The notes under the pieces were generated by a model that made no database searches, was not told the origin of the DNA, and saw nothing but the letters and a program-made list of their open reading frames with translations. The translations under genes and the position numbers were made by a program. A stretch of 64,000 nt of DNA from Chloroflexota bacterium (GTDB taxonomy: Bacteria; Chloroflexota; UBA11872; VXNJ01). This document shows positions 48,336 through 59,060 of the stretch, one piece after another (within the stretch, counting starts at the first letter, position 1; every line of letters begins with the position of its first letter). The DNA lies in NCBI GenBank assembly GCA_965261345.1, contig OZ253449.1, positions 928,001-992,000 on the forward strand, written 5' to 3'.

Positions 48336-49320
48336 CGATCACTCGGCCCAGGCGGCAATCCTGGCGGTCGGCGAGTTGATCGGCGTCCTGCGATCCCAGA
48401 TCGCGCGCGCGCTAGTGGGCCAACAACGGGTCGTCGACCAGGTGCTGATCGCCCTGCTCTGCGGCGGACACTGCCTGCTGGAAGGGGCCCCGGGGCTGGG
48501 CAAGACATTGTTGGTGCGGGCTTTGGCACAGAGCCTTGAACTCGACTTTGCGCGGGTGCAATTTACCCCCGACCTGATGCCGGCCGATATAACCGGTACC
48601 AATTTCGTGCGTGAAAACGCCGCCGGCCAGATCTATTTCAACTTTGAACACGGCCCCCTGTTTGCCGAGGTGCTGCTAGCCGACGAGATCAACCGGGCCA
48701 CTCCACGAACTCAATCGGCCCTGCTTGAAGCAATGGCCGAGGGCTCGGTTACCGTCGGTTCGCAGACTCACCCGCTGCCCGACTGCTTCTTCGTTTTGGC
48801 CACCCAGAACCCGATCGAGATGGAGGGGACCTATCCACTGCCCGAGGCGCAATTGGACCGATTTTTCTTCAAGATTCAGGTGGACATGCCGACCGGGGAC
48901 CAGATCCTGGAGATCCTCGAACGTACAACCAGCAACCACGACCTGGTTCTGCGGCCGGTGGCTAACCGGCAGGACGTTGCCCGCTGCCAGCGGATTGTGC
49001 GCTCGGTGGTCTTGGCCCCGCACGTTGCCGGGTACGCCGTCGACCTGGTTACCGCAACCCATCCCGGAACGGATGCCCCATCAATTACCAACCGTTTTGT
49101 TCGCTATGGCGCCTCGCCGCGTGGCGCCCAGGCGCTGGTGCTGGCCGCCAAGGTGGCCGCCCTACTGGATGGTCGTCCACAGGTATCGTTCGAGGATGTT
49201 CGGACCCATCTCAAACCGGCCCTGCGGCACCGTCTGGTGCTCGGGTTCGAGGCCGAGGCCGAGGGGGTGGACGGCGATCAAATCCTCGATGAGATCGCCA
49301 TGGCCACCCGCCCCCGCTGA
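48325..49320 (+). CDS. MoxR family AAA+ ATPase
   Basis: GAPGLGKT, FTPDLMPAD, DEINRA, ATQNPIE, LPEAQLDRF. Confidence 0.95.
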   Translation: MQPSDHSAQAAILAVGELIGVLRSQIARALVGQQRVVDQVLIALLCGGHCLLEGAPGLGKTLLVRALAQSLELDFARVQFTPDLMPADITGTNFVRENAAGQIYFNFEHGPLFAEVLLADEINRATPRTQSALLEAMAEGSVTVGSQTHPLPDCFFVLATQNPIEMEGTYPLPEAQLDRFFFKIQVDMPTGDQILEILERTTSNHDLVLRPVANRQDVARCQRIVRSVVLAPHVAGYAVDLVTATHPGTDAPSITNRFVRYGASPRGAQALVLAAKVAALLDGRPQVSFEDVRTHLKPALRHRLVLGFEAEAEGVDGDQILDEIAMATRPR

Positions 49321-49334
49321 TCTAGGGCGGGGCG

Positions 49335-50213
49335 ATGGCAGCCACTGACCGCGCGGGCGGCCTGCCGCTGGGACTGCTTGTCCAGCTCGAAAACATCAAT
49401 ATCGTCAGCCGGCGGCGCCACGACAACACCCGACAGGGCAGTCGGGCATCCCGCCTGATGGGATCCTCGATCGAGTTCTCCGGTTACCGCGGATACGTCC
49501 CTGGCGATGACTGGCGCCACCTGGACTGGAACATCTACGCCCGTTCGCGGCAACTCCAAATCAAGCTGCGCGAAGCCGAGGAGGCGCTGCTGGTCTGGAT
49601 GCTTATTGACGCGAGCGGCTCGATGGCCAAAAAACTGGTCTATTTGCGCCAGATCGCCCTGGCCCTGGCCCACGTTGCCCTAACCGGTGGCGACCAGGTG
49701 CGCCTGGTCGGCATCCAGGATGGTCGCGCCACTCCGCTGTTAGAGCTCTTCGGGCGCGAACCGCTCTCTACGCTGGAGCGCAGATTGGCCGAAGTTACCG
49801 CCGGCGGCGAAACCGATCTGGCGCGCGCCGCCGCACAACTTCGGACCCGAGGAGGTCCGCACGGAGTCTGCTGCCTGATCTCGGACCTCCAAGATAAAGA
49901 CAGTCGCAGGGCCGTGGCCGAATTGGCCGAAGCCGGCCACGAGGTCTGGGTCCTCCATTTACTTGATAGGGCCGACCGCGATCCCAACGTGCCCGACGCG
50001 GCGGTGCTAATCGACGCCGAAACCGGATCCCGGTTGACTCTTGACGGATCGCGCGACCCGCTGGTGGCCTATCGTGCCAATCTGGCCCTTTGGGCCACCC
50101 AGCTGGAACGCTACTGCCGGCAAATCGGCGTCCACTACGTCCAACTCGATTGCGAGCGAGGTCCCTCGGTGGCCATCCTCGGGACGCTGCGGCGGGCGGG
50201 GCTGTTGCGGTGA
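49335..50213 (+). CDS. DUF58 family protein
   Basis: GSSIEF..YR.Y.PGDD.R.LDWN, DASGSM, ISD. Confidence 0.92.
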   Translation: MAATDRAGGLPLGLLVQLENINIVSRRRHDNTRQGSRASRLMGSSIEFSGYRGYVPGDDWRHLDWNIYARSRQLQIKLREAEEALLVWMLIDASGSMAKKLVYLRQIALALAHVALTGGDQVRLVGIQDGRATPLLELFGREPLSTLERRLAEVTAGGETDLARAAAQLRTRGGPHGVCCLISDLQDKDSRRAVAELAEAGHEVWVLHLLDRADRDPNVPDAAVLIDAETGSRLTLDGSRDPLVAYRANLALWATQLERYCRQIGVHYVQLDCERGPSVAILGTLRRAGLLR

Positions 50214-52009
50214 CCCTGTTGGCGTCCGGGGCGCTGGCCTGGTTGCTGCTGGCGATCCTGTTTTGGGTCCTGCATCGCCTGCGCCCACCTTTGCCGCAGA
50301 TCGTGGTGCCCTCATTGCGGCCCTACTTGATGCCCGATCCAGGCGGCCGGAGAGGTTTTTGGGAATGGCTGCGACGTCACCTGTCGCTTATCTTGCAGTT
50401 GATCTGTCTGACGGCGTTGGCGCTAGCCCTGGCGCGACCGCAGTTATTAATTGGGCCGGATATGCGGCAATTGGTGGTAAGCGTGGTCCAACCAGGGCTC
50501 GATCCCACTCCGCTCGCCGATGCCCTCGCCGCCTGGCCAAACGCCCGCCACGCCCTGGTTCTGGCCCAGCCACATCCACGGATCCAACTCGGCGACGCCA
50601 GTCCCGGACAGATCCTCGACACCCTGGCCGAGATTCCTCCCGCAAATGGTGGCGGCGATCTGGCGGCGGCCCTGACCGCCGCGGCGGGTTTAATGTCCGC
50701 CCATCAAAACACCCACGGCCTAGTGCTTGCCCGTGCTGCCGACCAACTGGTGCAAACCTCCGATCAGCACTGGCAGGTGCTCTCTCCGGCGGTCCCGCTC
50801 CGTCCCCAGATCGACCGGTTAAATTCCCGACTGGCCGGGGACGGACGCGCCTTCGTTTTTTATGAGGTTGCCGGACCGCCGGGGGCAGGTTATGAAATCC
50901 TGCTCGAGGCGCAACCCTGGCCAACCGTTCCGCCGCCGGCTCGGGTTGGAGCGACCGTCAGCTCGATAGCGTCGGGACAATTTCCCGAGTCAATGGTGGT
51001 GCGCGGCATTGTCGCTGCCGGGTCGCCGGCCGACCAGCAGCGGCTCTGGTTGCGCAGCCCGCTCCTTTCGGAACCGGCTCAGGCTGTGATCGGTCCCTTG
51101 ACCGAATTGCCGCACGGCCGGGTTTACATCGATGCCGCAACCCCCGAACCCTGGCAGCGGGCGGCCGAGGCGGCTGGTCACACCTTAGCCGATGGCCCCG
51201 ATGATGATTTTGAAATAGCACTTTACGTTGGCCGACTCCCCGAGCGGCTGCCCGCCGCCGGCATCGTCCTAATCGACCCACCCGAGGACGCCAACCTGCT
51301 TGAGCGCGGCGAGCTGGCAAACGATCTGGCATTGGCAAATCCGGCCAACCGCCTTCTTTCCGACCTGCCGTTGGCAGCCATGGGCGGTCCCTTTCGGCCG
51401 CTGCAGGCCCCGCCCGGGACAGACAGTGCGGCCCTGGCCAGCACCGGTTCGCTGCTGTGGCAGGGACGCCTGGCCGACCGCGAGGTTGTGGCGATGGCAA
51501 TTGATCCGGCAACGGCATTGGCTGGGCAGAGCGCCTTTCCAACCCTGGTTCAACGATTGCTAGCGCAAGTCGACCCGCTGGATCCGCTTCAACCCGGCGT
51601 GATCGCCCGGGTTGTGGCGCCGGGTACCTTGCGCCCCCACCCGGAAGCCGACCTTCTGGTCGTCGTCGACCCGGGCGGGGCGATCACGCAGACCCACCGA
51701 TTGAATCCGGCGCATTCCCTCACTCCGGACGCGATCGAATTGCGATCGGCCGGACAACGCCTCACCTGGACGCCTCAACGGATCGGGCTTCACTGGATGA
51801 TCCAATCCAGTGATGGCCAGCAGATCTCCCGAACGCCAATTTGGGTGCAGAACGGCAGTCCGGGATACCTGAGCGGATCCGGCGGCGGCGCCCTCGCTCT
51901 TGCCGGCGGAGGCCAAACGGCGGCGGCCTGGCCTTGGCTGGCGTTCCTCGCGCTTGCCGGGTTGATCGCCGAATGGACCTGGTTTCATCGCCGGCGGGCT
52001 GCCTTCTGA
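50210..52009 (+). CDS. BatA-like / degenerate vWA membrane protein
   Basis: N-terminal BatA pattern LQL...LALALARP; C-terminal TM segment ending EW..RRR. Confidence 0.75.
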   Translation: MTLLASGALAWLLLAILFWVLHRLRPPLPQIVVPSLRPYLMPDPGGRRGFWEWLRRHLSLILQLICLTALALALARPQLLIGPDMRQLVVSVVQPGLDPTPLADALAAWPNARHALVLAQPHPRIQLGDASPGQILDTLAEIPPANGGGDLAAALTAAAGLMSAHQNTHGLVLARAADQLVQTSDQHWQVLSPAVPLRPQIDRLNSRLAGDGRAFVFYEVAGPPGAGYEILLEAQPWPTVPPPARVGATVSSIASGQFPESMVVRGIVAAGSPADQQRLWLRSPLLSEPAQAVIGPLTELPHGRVYIDAATPEPWQRAAEAAGHTLADGPDDDFEIALYVGRLPERLPAAGIVLIDPPEDANLLERGELANDLALANPANRLLSDLPLAAMGGPFRPLQAPPGTDSAALASTGSLLWQGRLADREVVAMAIDPATALAGQSAFPTLVQRLLAQVDPLDPLQPGVIARVVAPGTLRPHPEADLLVVVDPGGAITQTHRLNPAHSLTPDAIELRSAGQRLTWTPQRIGLHWMIQSSDGQQISRTPIWVQNGSPGYLSGSGGGALALAGGGQTAAAWPWLAFLALAGLIAEWTWFHRRRAAF

Positions 52010-54540
52010 TGCCATTCGAATCGGGGATCGGACTGTGCGGCGGAGCCGTTTCAATCGGGCTAATGGTTCTGGCGGCGATCGCCGCCGGGGCGGTCGTTGC
52101 CGGCACCTTGAAAAGTCGCAGTCATCTGGGAACGGTGCGGCTCTGGGCGGCATCCGGGGTCAGGATCATGGCGGTCCTGGCGGTCCTCCTAGCCCTTGAC
52201 CGCGGCCTTTGCAACTACCCGGACAATCAGTCCGCGACGATTGCCCTTGACAGGTCCGAAAGCGTGCAATTGGCCACCCAGTTCGCCGCCTCCCAGTGGG
52301 CCGGCCAGCTGGCCGGACAAGGACTGGCCGACACATCTTTCGGATTCGGCCGACAGGGCACCAACCTGGGCGCCGCTATCGGCGGCGGCAGCGCCATAGC
52401 CGGTAACCGGGAGCTGTACCTCGCAAGCGACGGAGCCCACAACCTCGGCGACTGGGAAGCTGGGCTGGTCGCGGCCGAAGCCAGCGGGACGCGGATCAAT
52501 ATCGCCCCGGCGGAGCGGCTGGGCGAGGCCGATTCGGCGGTGGTCTCGGTGTCACACCGCCAGCAGGTAGCCGCCGGTAGGAAGTTTTTGCTATCGGTCG
52601 GACTCTGGGCACCCAACGCCCGGTCAGCCGAAGTGCGAATCTGGATCGGCAACCAATTGGCGGCCGGCGGAACGGTTGAGCTGGAACCCGGCCTCTCCGA
52701 GTTCTCGGCCAACCTGGTTGCTCCTCTGCAACCGGTCCCGATTCCGGTGACCGTCGAATTGCATGATCAGCGCTCCACTCAAACCCAGAACGACGTACTC
52801 AGCTCGGTGCTGGAGGTATACGAAGCAGCGCCGGTGCTGCTGGTCGGTTCTGCGCCGGCACTATTGAATGCGTTCTCGCAAATCGGCCAGGCGGTCCAAA
52901 CAACCGCGCCCGAGCAGCTCCCTCGGGCCGCGAGCGGTCTGGCCGGGTACAGTGCGGTGGTGCTCAGCGACATTTCCGCCGACGCCCTTGACCGGGCCCA
53001 AATTGCCGCGCTCGATGCGGCGGTAGCCGATGGCGGGTTGGGATTGGCGGTGCTGGGCGGCCCCAATGCGTTTGCGGCCGGCGGATATGCCCGGTCCCCC
53101 TTGAATTCCCTGCTCCCGCTTGATTCAGACCCCTGGCGCGAGCAGGAATCGGCCCAGATCGCCCTGCTGCTGCTGGTTGACCGCTCGACGTCGATGGCCC
53201 TGGGCGGGGAGAGCAACTCCAAGCTGGCACTCGCCCGCGAGGCGGCAATCGCCGCACTCGACCTTTTGGAAAACGGTGATCAACTTTCAGTGGTCGCCTT
53301 CAACGCTGAGCCGGTCTCCATCGTTGCGCCGACCACCCTGGAGGCCGATACCGATCGAGCGGCGCTGACCGACCAGATCGCCGCGCTGGTCGCCGATGGA
53401 ACCACCGACCTGTTCCGGGCGCTCGACTATGCCCGCCGGCAACTGGCCGACCAACCGGCCCAGATCCGCCATATCATCTTGATCACCGACGGCCAGGCGC
53501 ACTACGGCCGGTTCGGCGCGCTGGTGCGGGCGGCACGCAACGATGGCATTTCGATTTCGACCATCGCGGTCGGCGCCGACGCGGACCTGGAATTGCTCTC
53601 ATCGCTGGCCACCAATGCCGGCGGACGCCACTACGTGGCCGCCGATTCCGGCCGGATTCCGGCGATCTTGACTCAGGAGGCACTGCTGGCGAAGAATTTT
53701 GTAACGGTCAGCAATCCGATGCAACCACGCCTACTGGCCCCCAGCGCCCTATTTGCGCTAATCGAGCCGGGGGCGGCGCTGCCCTGGCTGCAGGGCTACA
53801 TCCGCACCCGCGCGCGCCCCCAGGCACAGGTGGTCCTGGCAGCAAACGATGGCGATCCCATCCTGGCCCACTGGCTCTATGGCCAGGGTTCGGTAGTGGC
53901 CTGGGCCAGCGACCTGTCCGGAGTGTGGTCGGCGGAATGGACCGCCTGGGACCAGTTTCCAGCGTTTTCCGAGTCGCTGCTGGCGCAGTTGGTGCGCGGC
54001 CCTCCGCCCGGGCATAGCTTCCAGATCGCCGCCCATGCCGGCACCGCCCAAATAACCCTGCAGACCGGTGATGGCGACAGTTTCGGACCGTCCACCAAAC
54101 TTTCCCTCGAACTGGCCGGACCTGACGGATCGCGGCAGGTCGACCTGACCGCCCAGGCGCCCGGCGTCTATCGCGGCACGGCCGCTATCGGCCCAGGCGC
54201 CTGGGCCTACCGGTTGTCGGACGGAGACACCGACCGGGGGAGTGGAATGCTGGCCATTCCCTACCGCGCCGAATTGCGTCCCGATCCGGCGGGGGCGGCG
54301 CGCCTGGAGCGGGCGGCGCATCTTAGCGGGGGGCGCAACGTCGGCCGCATTAATACACCCGGCAGCCGGATTTTTAACGACGGCGCCGATTGGCTCGCGC
54401 TGGCGATCCTGCTCCTGGCGGGCGACACCATCGTGCGCCGTCTGCGGGTGGGGCCGCGGGTGGCCGCCCGGCAACTGCGCGCACAGTTGCGATCTATTCT
54501 TGGAGCCTTAAGGCCAAGAACTCTCGGCCCGATCCGCTAA
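52009..54540 (+). CDS. vWA domain protein with glutamine-amidotransferase-like domain
   Basis: DRSES and DRSTSM MIDAS motifs, ILITDG, GG..AF.AGGY, PILAHW.YG.G. Confidence 0.85.
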   Translation: MPFESGIGLCGGAVSIGLMVLAAIAAGAVVAGTLKSRSHLGTVRLWAASGVRIMAVLAVLLALDRGLCNYPDNQSATIALDRSESVQLATQFAASQWAGQLAGQGLADTSFGFGRQGTNLGAAIGGGSAIAGNRELYLASDGAHNLGDWEAGLVAAEASGTRINIAPAERLGEADSAVVSVSHRQQVAAGRKFLLSVGLWAPNARSAEVRIWIGNQLAAGGTVELEPGLSEFSANLVAPLQPVPIPVTVELHDQRSTQTQNDVLSSVLEVYEAAPVLLVGSAPALLNAFSQIGQAVQTTAPEQLPRAASGLAGYSAVVLSDISADALDRAQIAALDAAVADGGLGLAVLGGPNAFAAGGYARSPLNSLLPLDSDPWREQESAQIALLLLVDRSTSMALGGESNSKLALAREAAIAALDLLENGDQLSVVAFNAEPVSIVAPTTLEADTDRAALTDQIAALVADGTTDLFRALDYARRQLADQPAQIRHIILITDGQAHYGRFGALVRAARNDGISISTIAVGADADLELLSSLATNAGGRHYVAADSGRIPAILTQEALLAKNFVTVSNPMQPRLLAPSALFALIEPGAALPWLQGYIRTRARPQAQVVLAANDGDPILAHWLYGQGSVVAWASDLSGVWSAEWTAWDQFPAFSESLLAQLVRGPPPGHSFQIAAHAGTAQITLQTGDGDSFGPSTKLSLELAGPDGSRQVDLTAQAPGVYRGTAAIGPGAWAYRLSDGDTDRGSGMLAIPYRAELRPDPAGAARLERAAHLSGGRNVGRINTPGSRIFNDGADWLALAILLLAGDTIVRRLRVGPRVAARQLRAQLRSILGALRPRTLGPIR

Positions 54541-54571
54541 ATGGACCACGGATCCGATCACACTTTGACAT

Positions 54572-55984
54572 ATGGATTACCTCGGCGACATCGCATTCTG
54601 TTTTGAGCGCGCCGGCCACCCGATCTACCTGGTGGGCGGGTCTGTCCGTGATCGATTGTTGGGCCGCCGCAGCTCCGACCTTGACCTGACGACCCCGGCC
54701 CGGCCCGGCCAGATCAGCGAGCTGCTCCGGCAGGCGGGAGCCGCCAACATCATCGACATCGGTTCGGCGTTCGGTACGATCATGGGCGTTTTTGGCGATC
54801 AGCAAGTCGATGTGACCACCTTTCGGGCCGAATGGTACCCAGATGAGCGATCGCGTCACCCGCATGTCCAATTCGGCGAAGATCTGCGGTCCGACCTGCA
54901 GCGCCGTGACTTTACGATCAACGCGATCGCCCAGGACATCTCCACCGGGAAAATAATCGATCCGTTCGATGGAGTTGGCGACCTGGCGCGCCGACGGATC
55001 CGCGCGGTCGGCTGTGCCCCGGCGCGGTTTCGCGAGGATCCACTGCGGATGATGCGGGCGGTCCGGCTGTCCGTCCAGCTGGGAATGCGAATTGACGATC
55101 CCACGCGCGCCGCGATCGTCGAACAGGCCGGCCGCCTGCAATTTGTTTCGGCCGAGCGCGTTTGCGCCGAGCTGTGTAAGATATTGCTCGCGTCCGACCC
55201 CGGCGGCGGCGTTGACGAATTGATCGACCTCGGGTTGTGTCGATTCATAATTCCCGAGCTGCTCGATTTGCGCCGGACCGACAACGCCGAGGCGTCCCGC
55301 CAAAAGGACGTCCTGGCGCACACCCTCAGGGTGCTTGCCGGAGTTCGTGCGCACCTGCCGTTGCGCCTGGCGGCGCTGCTGCACGATATCGGCAAACCAT
55401 CTACCCGCAGCATCCGTGACGGCAAGGTTCATTTTTTCCGCCATGAGCTGGTCGGGGCGCGGCTCGCGCGCAAGATCCTGAACCGATTGCGCTTTGACCG
55501 CGCCACCATTGAGCAAGTCTGTGAACTGGTGGGCCTACATATGCGATCGAACCTCTACGCCCCGGATTGGACCGATGGCGCGGTGCGCCGCTACATGCGC
55601 GAGGTGGGCGATCATCGTCCCCTGCTGCTAGATCTTTCGCGGGCCGACATTACCAGCTATCGGCACAGCAAGATATCAAACGGCCTAAAGCGGGTCGGGG
55701 AGCTGGCGGCCCGCTGCGAGCGGCTGGGAGCCGCCGGGGCGGTGGCTAAGATGGCGAGCCCCCTGGACGGAGATGACCTGATGAAATTGCTGAACCGCCC
55801 GCCGGGCCCCTGGATCCGGCCGATCAAGGATTACCTCTTGGAGCTGGTCATTGATGGCCGACTCGACCAGCAAGACCTGGACGCGGCACGTACGATAGCC
55901 CGCCGCCTGGCATCCGAAGGCTTGGGCGCCGACCTCTCTGAATCGTTACCACGAGCCCGGCCGGAATCCCCGGGGAGCCGCTAG
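54572..55984 (+). CDS. CCA tRNA nucleotidyltransferase / HD domain protein
   Basis: VGGSVRD, DLD, DLQRRDFTINA, EDPLR, LLHDIGKP. Confidence 0.92.
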   Translation: MDYLGDIAFCFERAGHPIYLVGGSVRDRLLGRRSSDLDLTTPARPGQISELLRQAGAANIIDIGSAFGTIMGVFGDQQVDVTTFRAEWYPDERSRHPHVQFGEDLRSDLQRRDFTINAIAQDISTGKIIDPFDGVGDLARRRIRAVGCAPARFREDPLRMMRAVRLSVQLGMRIDDPTRAAIVEQAGRLQFVSAERVCAELCKILLASDPGGGVDELIDLGLCRFIIPELLDLRRTDNAEASRQKDVLAHTLRVLAGVRAHLPLRLAALLHDIGKPSTRSIRDGKVHFFRHELVGARLARKILNRLRFDRATIEQVCELVGLHMRSNLYAPDWTDGAVRRYMREVGDHRPLLLDLSRADITSYRHSKISNGLKRVGELAARCERLGAAGAVAKMASPLDGDDLMKLLNRPPGPWIRPIKDYLLELVIDGRLDQQDLDAARTIARRLASEGLGADLSESLPRARPESPGSR

Positions 55985-56190
55985 TGTTGCGCTTCGACCA
56001 GGGTCAAAACCCTCCGCCCTCGCACCAGCGGACATCGCTGCTTTCATGCCTGGGAACGATAGCCGCGGTAATCGGCGGGTTCATATTCATGGGGGCGCTG
56101 GCCGTCGGGGTGGCCTTTCTGCTCGGCCTTTTCGATGGTGGGCCCGAACCGGCCCAATCACTGGCCGCATATTCCATCCACTGGGTCTGA
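55984..56190 (+). CDS. Small single-pass membrane protein
   Basis: 68 aa, one TM segment, starts at the upstream stop codon. Confidence 0.5.
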   Translation: MLRFDQGQNPPPSHQRTSLLSCLGTIAAVIGGFIFMGALAVGVAFLLGLFDGGPEPAQSLAAYSIHWV

Positions 56191-56219
56191 TCGGCGAGCG
56201 GCCGGCCCGACCACCGGCG

Positions 56220-57281
56220 TTAGCTTGGGGACAGCTTGGCGCGGGACCGATGGCGGTCCATTCCAAGCTCGATCAACCGCGCCAGTAGATCCGGGTAGGA
56301 CAGTCCGGAGTCCGACCACAGCTTGGGGTACATGCTTATCGGGGTGAATCCGGGCATGGTGTTGACCTCGGAAATAAAGAGCCGGTCGCTGGGCTGTTCG
56401 AGCAGGAAGTCAACCCGCGCCAAACCGGCAAGGTCCAGTTCGCGATAAGTCCGAAGCGCCGCCCGGACCAACTCGGCGGCGGTTTCGTCGGACAGATCGG
56501 CCGGTGCCTTGGTACGCGAGCCCGCATCCGCATATTTGGCCTCGTAATCATAAAAGTCGCGTCCGGGAAATACCTCGCCCACCGCCGAGGCGCGTGGATC
56601 GTCGTTGCCCAGGATCGCGACCTCAAGTTCACGCGGGTTCTGCACCGCGCGTTCGCAGATCACCCGGTCGTCGAACTCAAAAGCGGCTTCTATGGCACCG
56701 ACCAAGCCGGGCGCGTCAATGACCTTGGAAACTCCAACCGATGAGCCCATGTTGGCCGGCTTTACGAACTGCGGCAGCCCCAATGCCCCGATCAATTCAG
56801 CGGTGACCGCCGTACCCCGCATGCGCCATTGTCGGGCCCGCAGCAGCGACCAGTCGGGGGTTCGTAATCCGCACCGGGCAAAGACCGATTTCATGACCGC
56901 TTTGTCCATCCCGGCGGCCGATCCCAGGACGCCCGACCCGACGAACGGGACCCCGGCCATCTCCAGCAGCCCCTGGATTGTTCCATCCTCGCCATAGGGG
57001 CCATGGAGCACCGGAAAAACAATATCGGCCCGATCCAGTAACGCCAGCAACGGCTCGATATCGGGCCGCGCGGAAGATGATTTGGAGGTGCCCGCACCCT
57101 GCCGCAGCTGATCAGGGCTACAGGGGAACTTCCAATTGCCCAGGCGGTCGATGCCTACCGGGACAACCTCATATCCGGGGCGCGCCAGGCCGGCGAGCAC
57201 CGATTCGGCCGAGAGGATCGAGATGTCATGTTCGCCGGATCGCCCGCCGAAAACAACCGCCACCCGAATCGGGTCGTTCAA
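56220..57281 (-). CDS. ddl: D-alanine-D-alanine ligase
   Basis: [36 protein letters not shown]. Confidence 0.96.
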   Translation of the reverse strand: MNDPIRVAVVFGGRSGEHDISILSAESVLAGLARPGYEVVPVGIDRLGNWKFPCSPDQLRQGAGTSKSSSARPDIEPLLALLDRADIVFPVLHGPYGEDGTIQGLLEMAGVPFVGSGVLGSAAGMDKAVMKSVFARCGLRTPDWSLLRARQWRMRGTAVTAELIGALGLPQFVKPANMGSSVGVSKVIDAPGLVGAIEAAFEFDDRVICERAVQNPRELEVAILGNDDPRASAVGEVFPGRDFYDYEAKYADAGSRTKAPADLSDETAAELVRAALRTYRELDLAGLARVDFLLEQPSDRLFISEVNTMPGFTPISMYPKLWSDSGLSYPDLLARLIELGMDRHRSRAKLSPS

Positions 57282-57808
57282 GTTATCCCGAGCGAGGAGC
57301 TGGTGTAGAGCGAGTCGAGGGTCAGCTCAAATTCGCTAAAGCGCGCGCTTGCGCCCTCCTCCCGGTCGAGCACGCACAGACAGCGTTCTAGGTGGACCCC
57401 AAAGCGGCGCAGGCGACCGGCGGCGGTGAGCGCCTGCTGTCCGCTGGTTACCACATCTTCGATCAACAGGACCCGTTGGCCAGCGGCAACCGTACCCTCA
57501 AAATAACGGGCCGTCCCATAGGCTTTGGCGTTCTTGCGAATGATCACGAAGGGCAAATCGGCCTGCAGCGACATGGCCGCCACAATGGCCACCGCGCCCA
57601 GTTCCGGGGCCGCTAGGACCTCGGTTCCGGTGGGGATGCGTTCAACCAGCAATTGGGCCACCGGGCCGAGTAGGCCCGGTTTTGTGGCAAAAAGGTATTT
57701 GTCAAAGTAATAGCTGGAGCGACGGCCCGAACTGAGTACGAATTCACCACGCAATAGGGCCGTGGCGGTAAGTTTTTGGCCCAGGGCTTCCAATTCGCCA
57801 GCTGCCAC
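57278..57808 (-). CDS. pyrE: Orotate phosphoribosyltransferase
   Basis: [29 protein letters not shown]. Confidence 0.95.
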   Translation of the reverse strand: MAAGELEALGQKLTATALLRGEFVLSSGRRSSYYFDKYLFATKPGLLGPVAQLLVERIPTGTEVLAAPELGAVAIVAAMSLQADLPFVIIRKNAKAYGTARYFEGTVAAGQRVLLIEDVVTSGQQALTAAGRLRRFGVHLERCLCVLDREEGASARFSEFELTLDSLYTSSSLGIT

Positions 57809-58028
57809 CGGTTGTTCCTTAACTGGTCATGTCGCGTAGGGAATTTTGCGCGCTGCGCCGGCCGGCCGGCCGGCATTGCCCGCAGATCGGCAGCGGGTGG
57901 GCCGTCCGGTCCCTTCGGTGAGCTTTTGCGAGCGGAGCGCGCCTATAATTTTTCGCTTGTACGAATTTTGGGTTTGTGCGCAACCGGACCAACTCCCGAC
58001 CAGGACTGGAAGCAGCTCCATCGCCGGC

Positions 58029-59060
58029 CTGATTCGCACCCCCGCCGTCTTAAAAGTCGCAAAACGGACGGGGTCGCTCGGTATTCCGTTGGGCATCGCT
58101 GCGTCGGCCTTCCTGCTCGCCGGCTGCGGCGAATTGCCCCAGACCATCATGGACCCGGCGGGGAGCAACGCCCGCCAGACCCTGGACCTCTTCATCATCG
58201 TCCTAATTGGCGCCGCGATCATTCTGGTCGGGGTCGAGGGATGGATCATCTACGCCATGGTGGCCTACCGGCGGCGCAAAGGTAACGATGCAATTCCCCG
58301 CCAGGTCCACGGCAACAAGACCCTCGAGGTCATCTGGACGGCGATTCCGGCGGCGATAGTAATCGCCCTGGCGGTCCTGACCATCCGCACGATCTCGATT
58401 CAGGCGGCCGAACCGGCGCCCGACGCACTGCGGGTAAGCGTCTATGGCAATCAGTGGTGGTGGGAATTTGAATATCCCGAACAGGGAATAACCACTGCCA
58501 ACGAGATCTACCTGGTAGTGGACCGCGAGGTGGCCCTTACCCTGCACTCTAACGATGTAATCCACGGGTTCTGGATCCCCAAGCTGTCGGGCAAGATGGA
58601 CGTGGTTCCGGGACGGGTAAACGGCTTCAAATTCACGCCCGAGATCGAGGGTGTCTACGAAGGCCAATGCACCGAATTTTGCGGCTGGGCGCATACCGAC
58701 ATGCGGGTCAAGACACACGTGGTCTCGCAGGCTGAATTTGATGAATGGACAGCAATTCAGCGGACCGAACCCAGCGCCGAGGCGCAGGAATCAGAAGGGG
58801 CGCGGCTGATGGTCTCCAAGACCTGCAACGCCTGCCATGCGGTCCGCGGGACGATCCTGCAAGGCCAGGTTGGTCCGGAGTTGACCGCGTTCGGGGTGCG
58901 CACCGTGATTGGGTCTAACCTGATTGAGAACACGCCGCAAAATTTGCGAGCCTGGATAAAGGACCCCGCACAAATCAAACCCGGAGTACTCATGCCCACG
59001 CTTGGTTTGACGGATGCTGAGACCGACGCGATAGCCACGTTCCTGGAGGGTTTGCGCTAG
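58029..59060 (+). CDS. coxB: Cytochrome c oxidase subunit II with fused cytochrome c; start uncertain
   Basis: Lipobox LAGC, QWWW, DVIH, CuA motif CTEFCGWAH..M, heme c motif CNACH. Confidence 0.92.
   Translation: MIRTPAVLKVAKRTGSLGIPLGIAASAFLLAGCGELPQTIMDPAGSNARQTLDLFIIVLIGAAIILVGVEGWIIYAMVAYRRRKGNDAIPRQVHGNKTLEVIWTAIPAAIVIALAVLTIRTISIQAAEPAPDALRVSVYGNQWWWEFEYPEQGITTANEIYLVVDREVALTLHSNDVIHGFWIPKLSGKMDVVPGRVNGFKFTPEIEGVYEGQCTEFCGWAHTDMRVKTHVVSQAEFDEWTAIQRTEPSAEAQESEGARLMVSKTCNACHAVRGTILQGQVGPELTAFGVRTVIGSNLIENTPQNLRAWIKDPAQIKPGVLMPTLGLTDAETDAIATFLEGLR

Noticed and set aside
46983-54540. MoxR-DUF58-vWA cluster as a novel system
   Set aside because: This is a widespread, known operon type.
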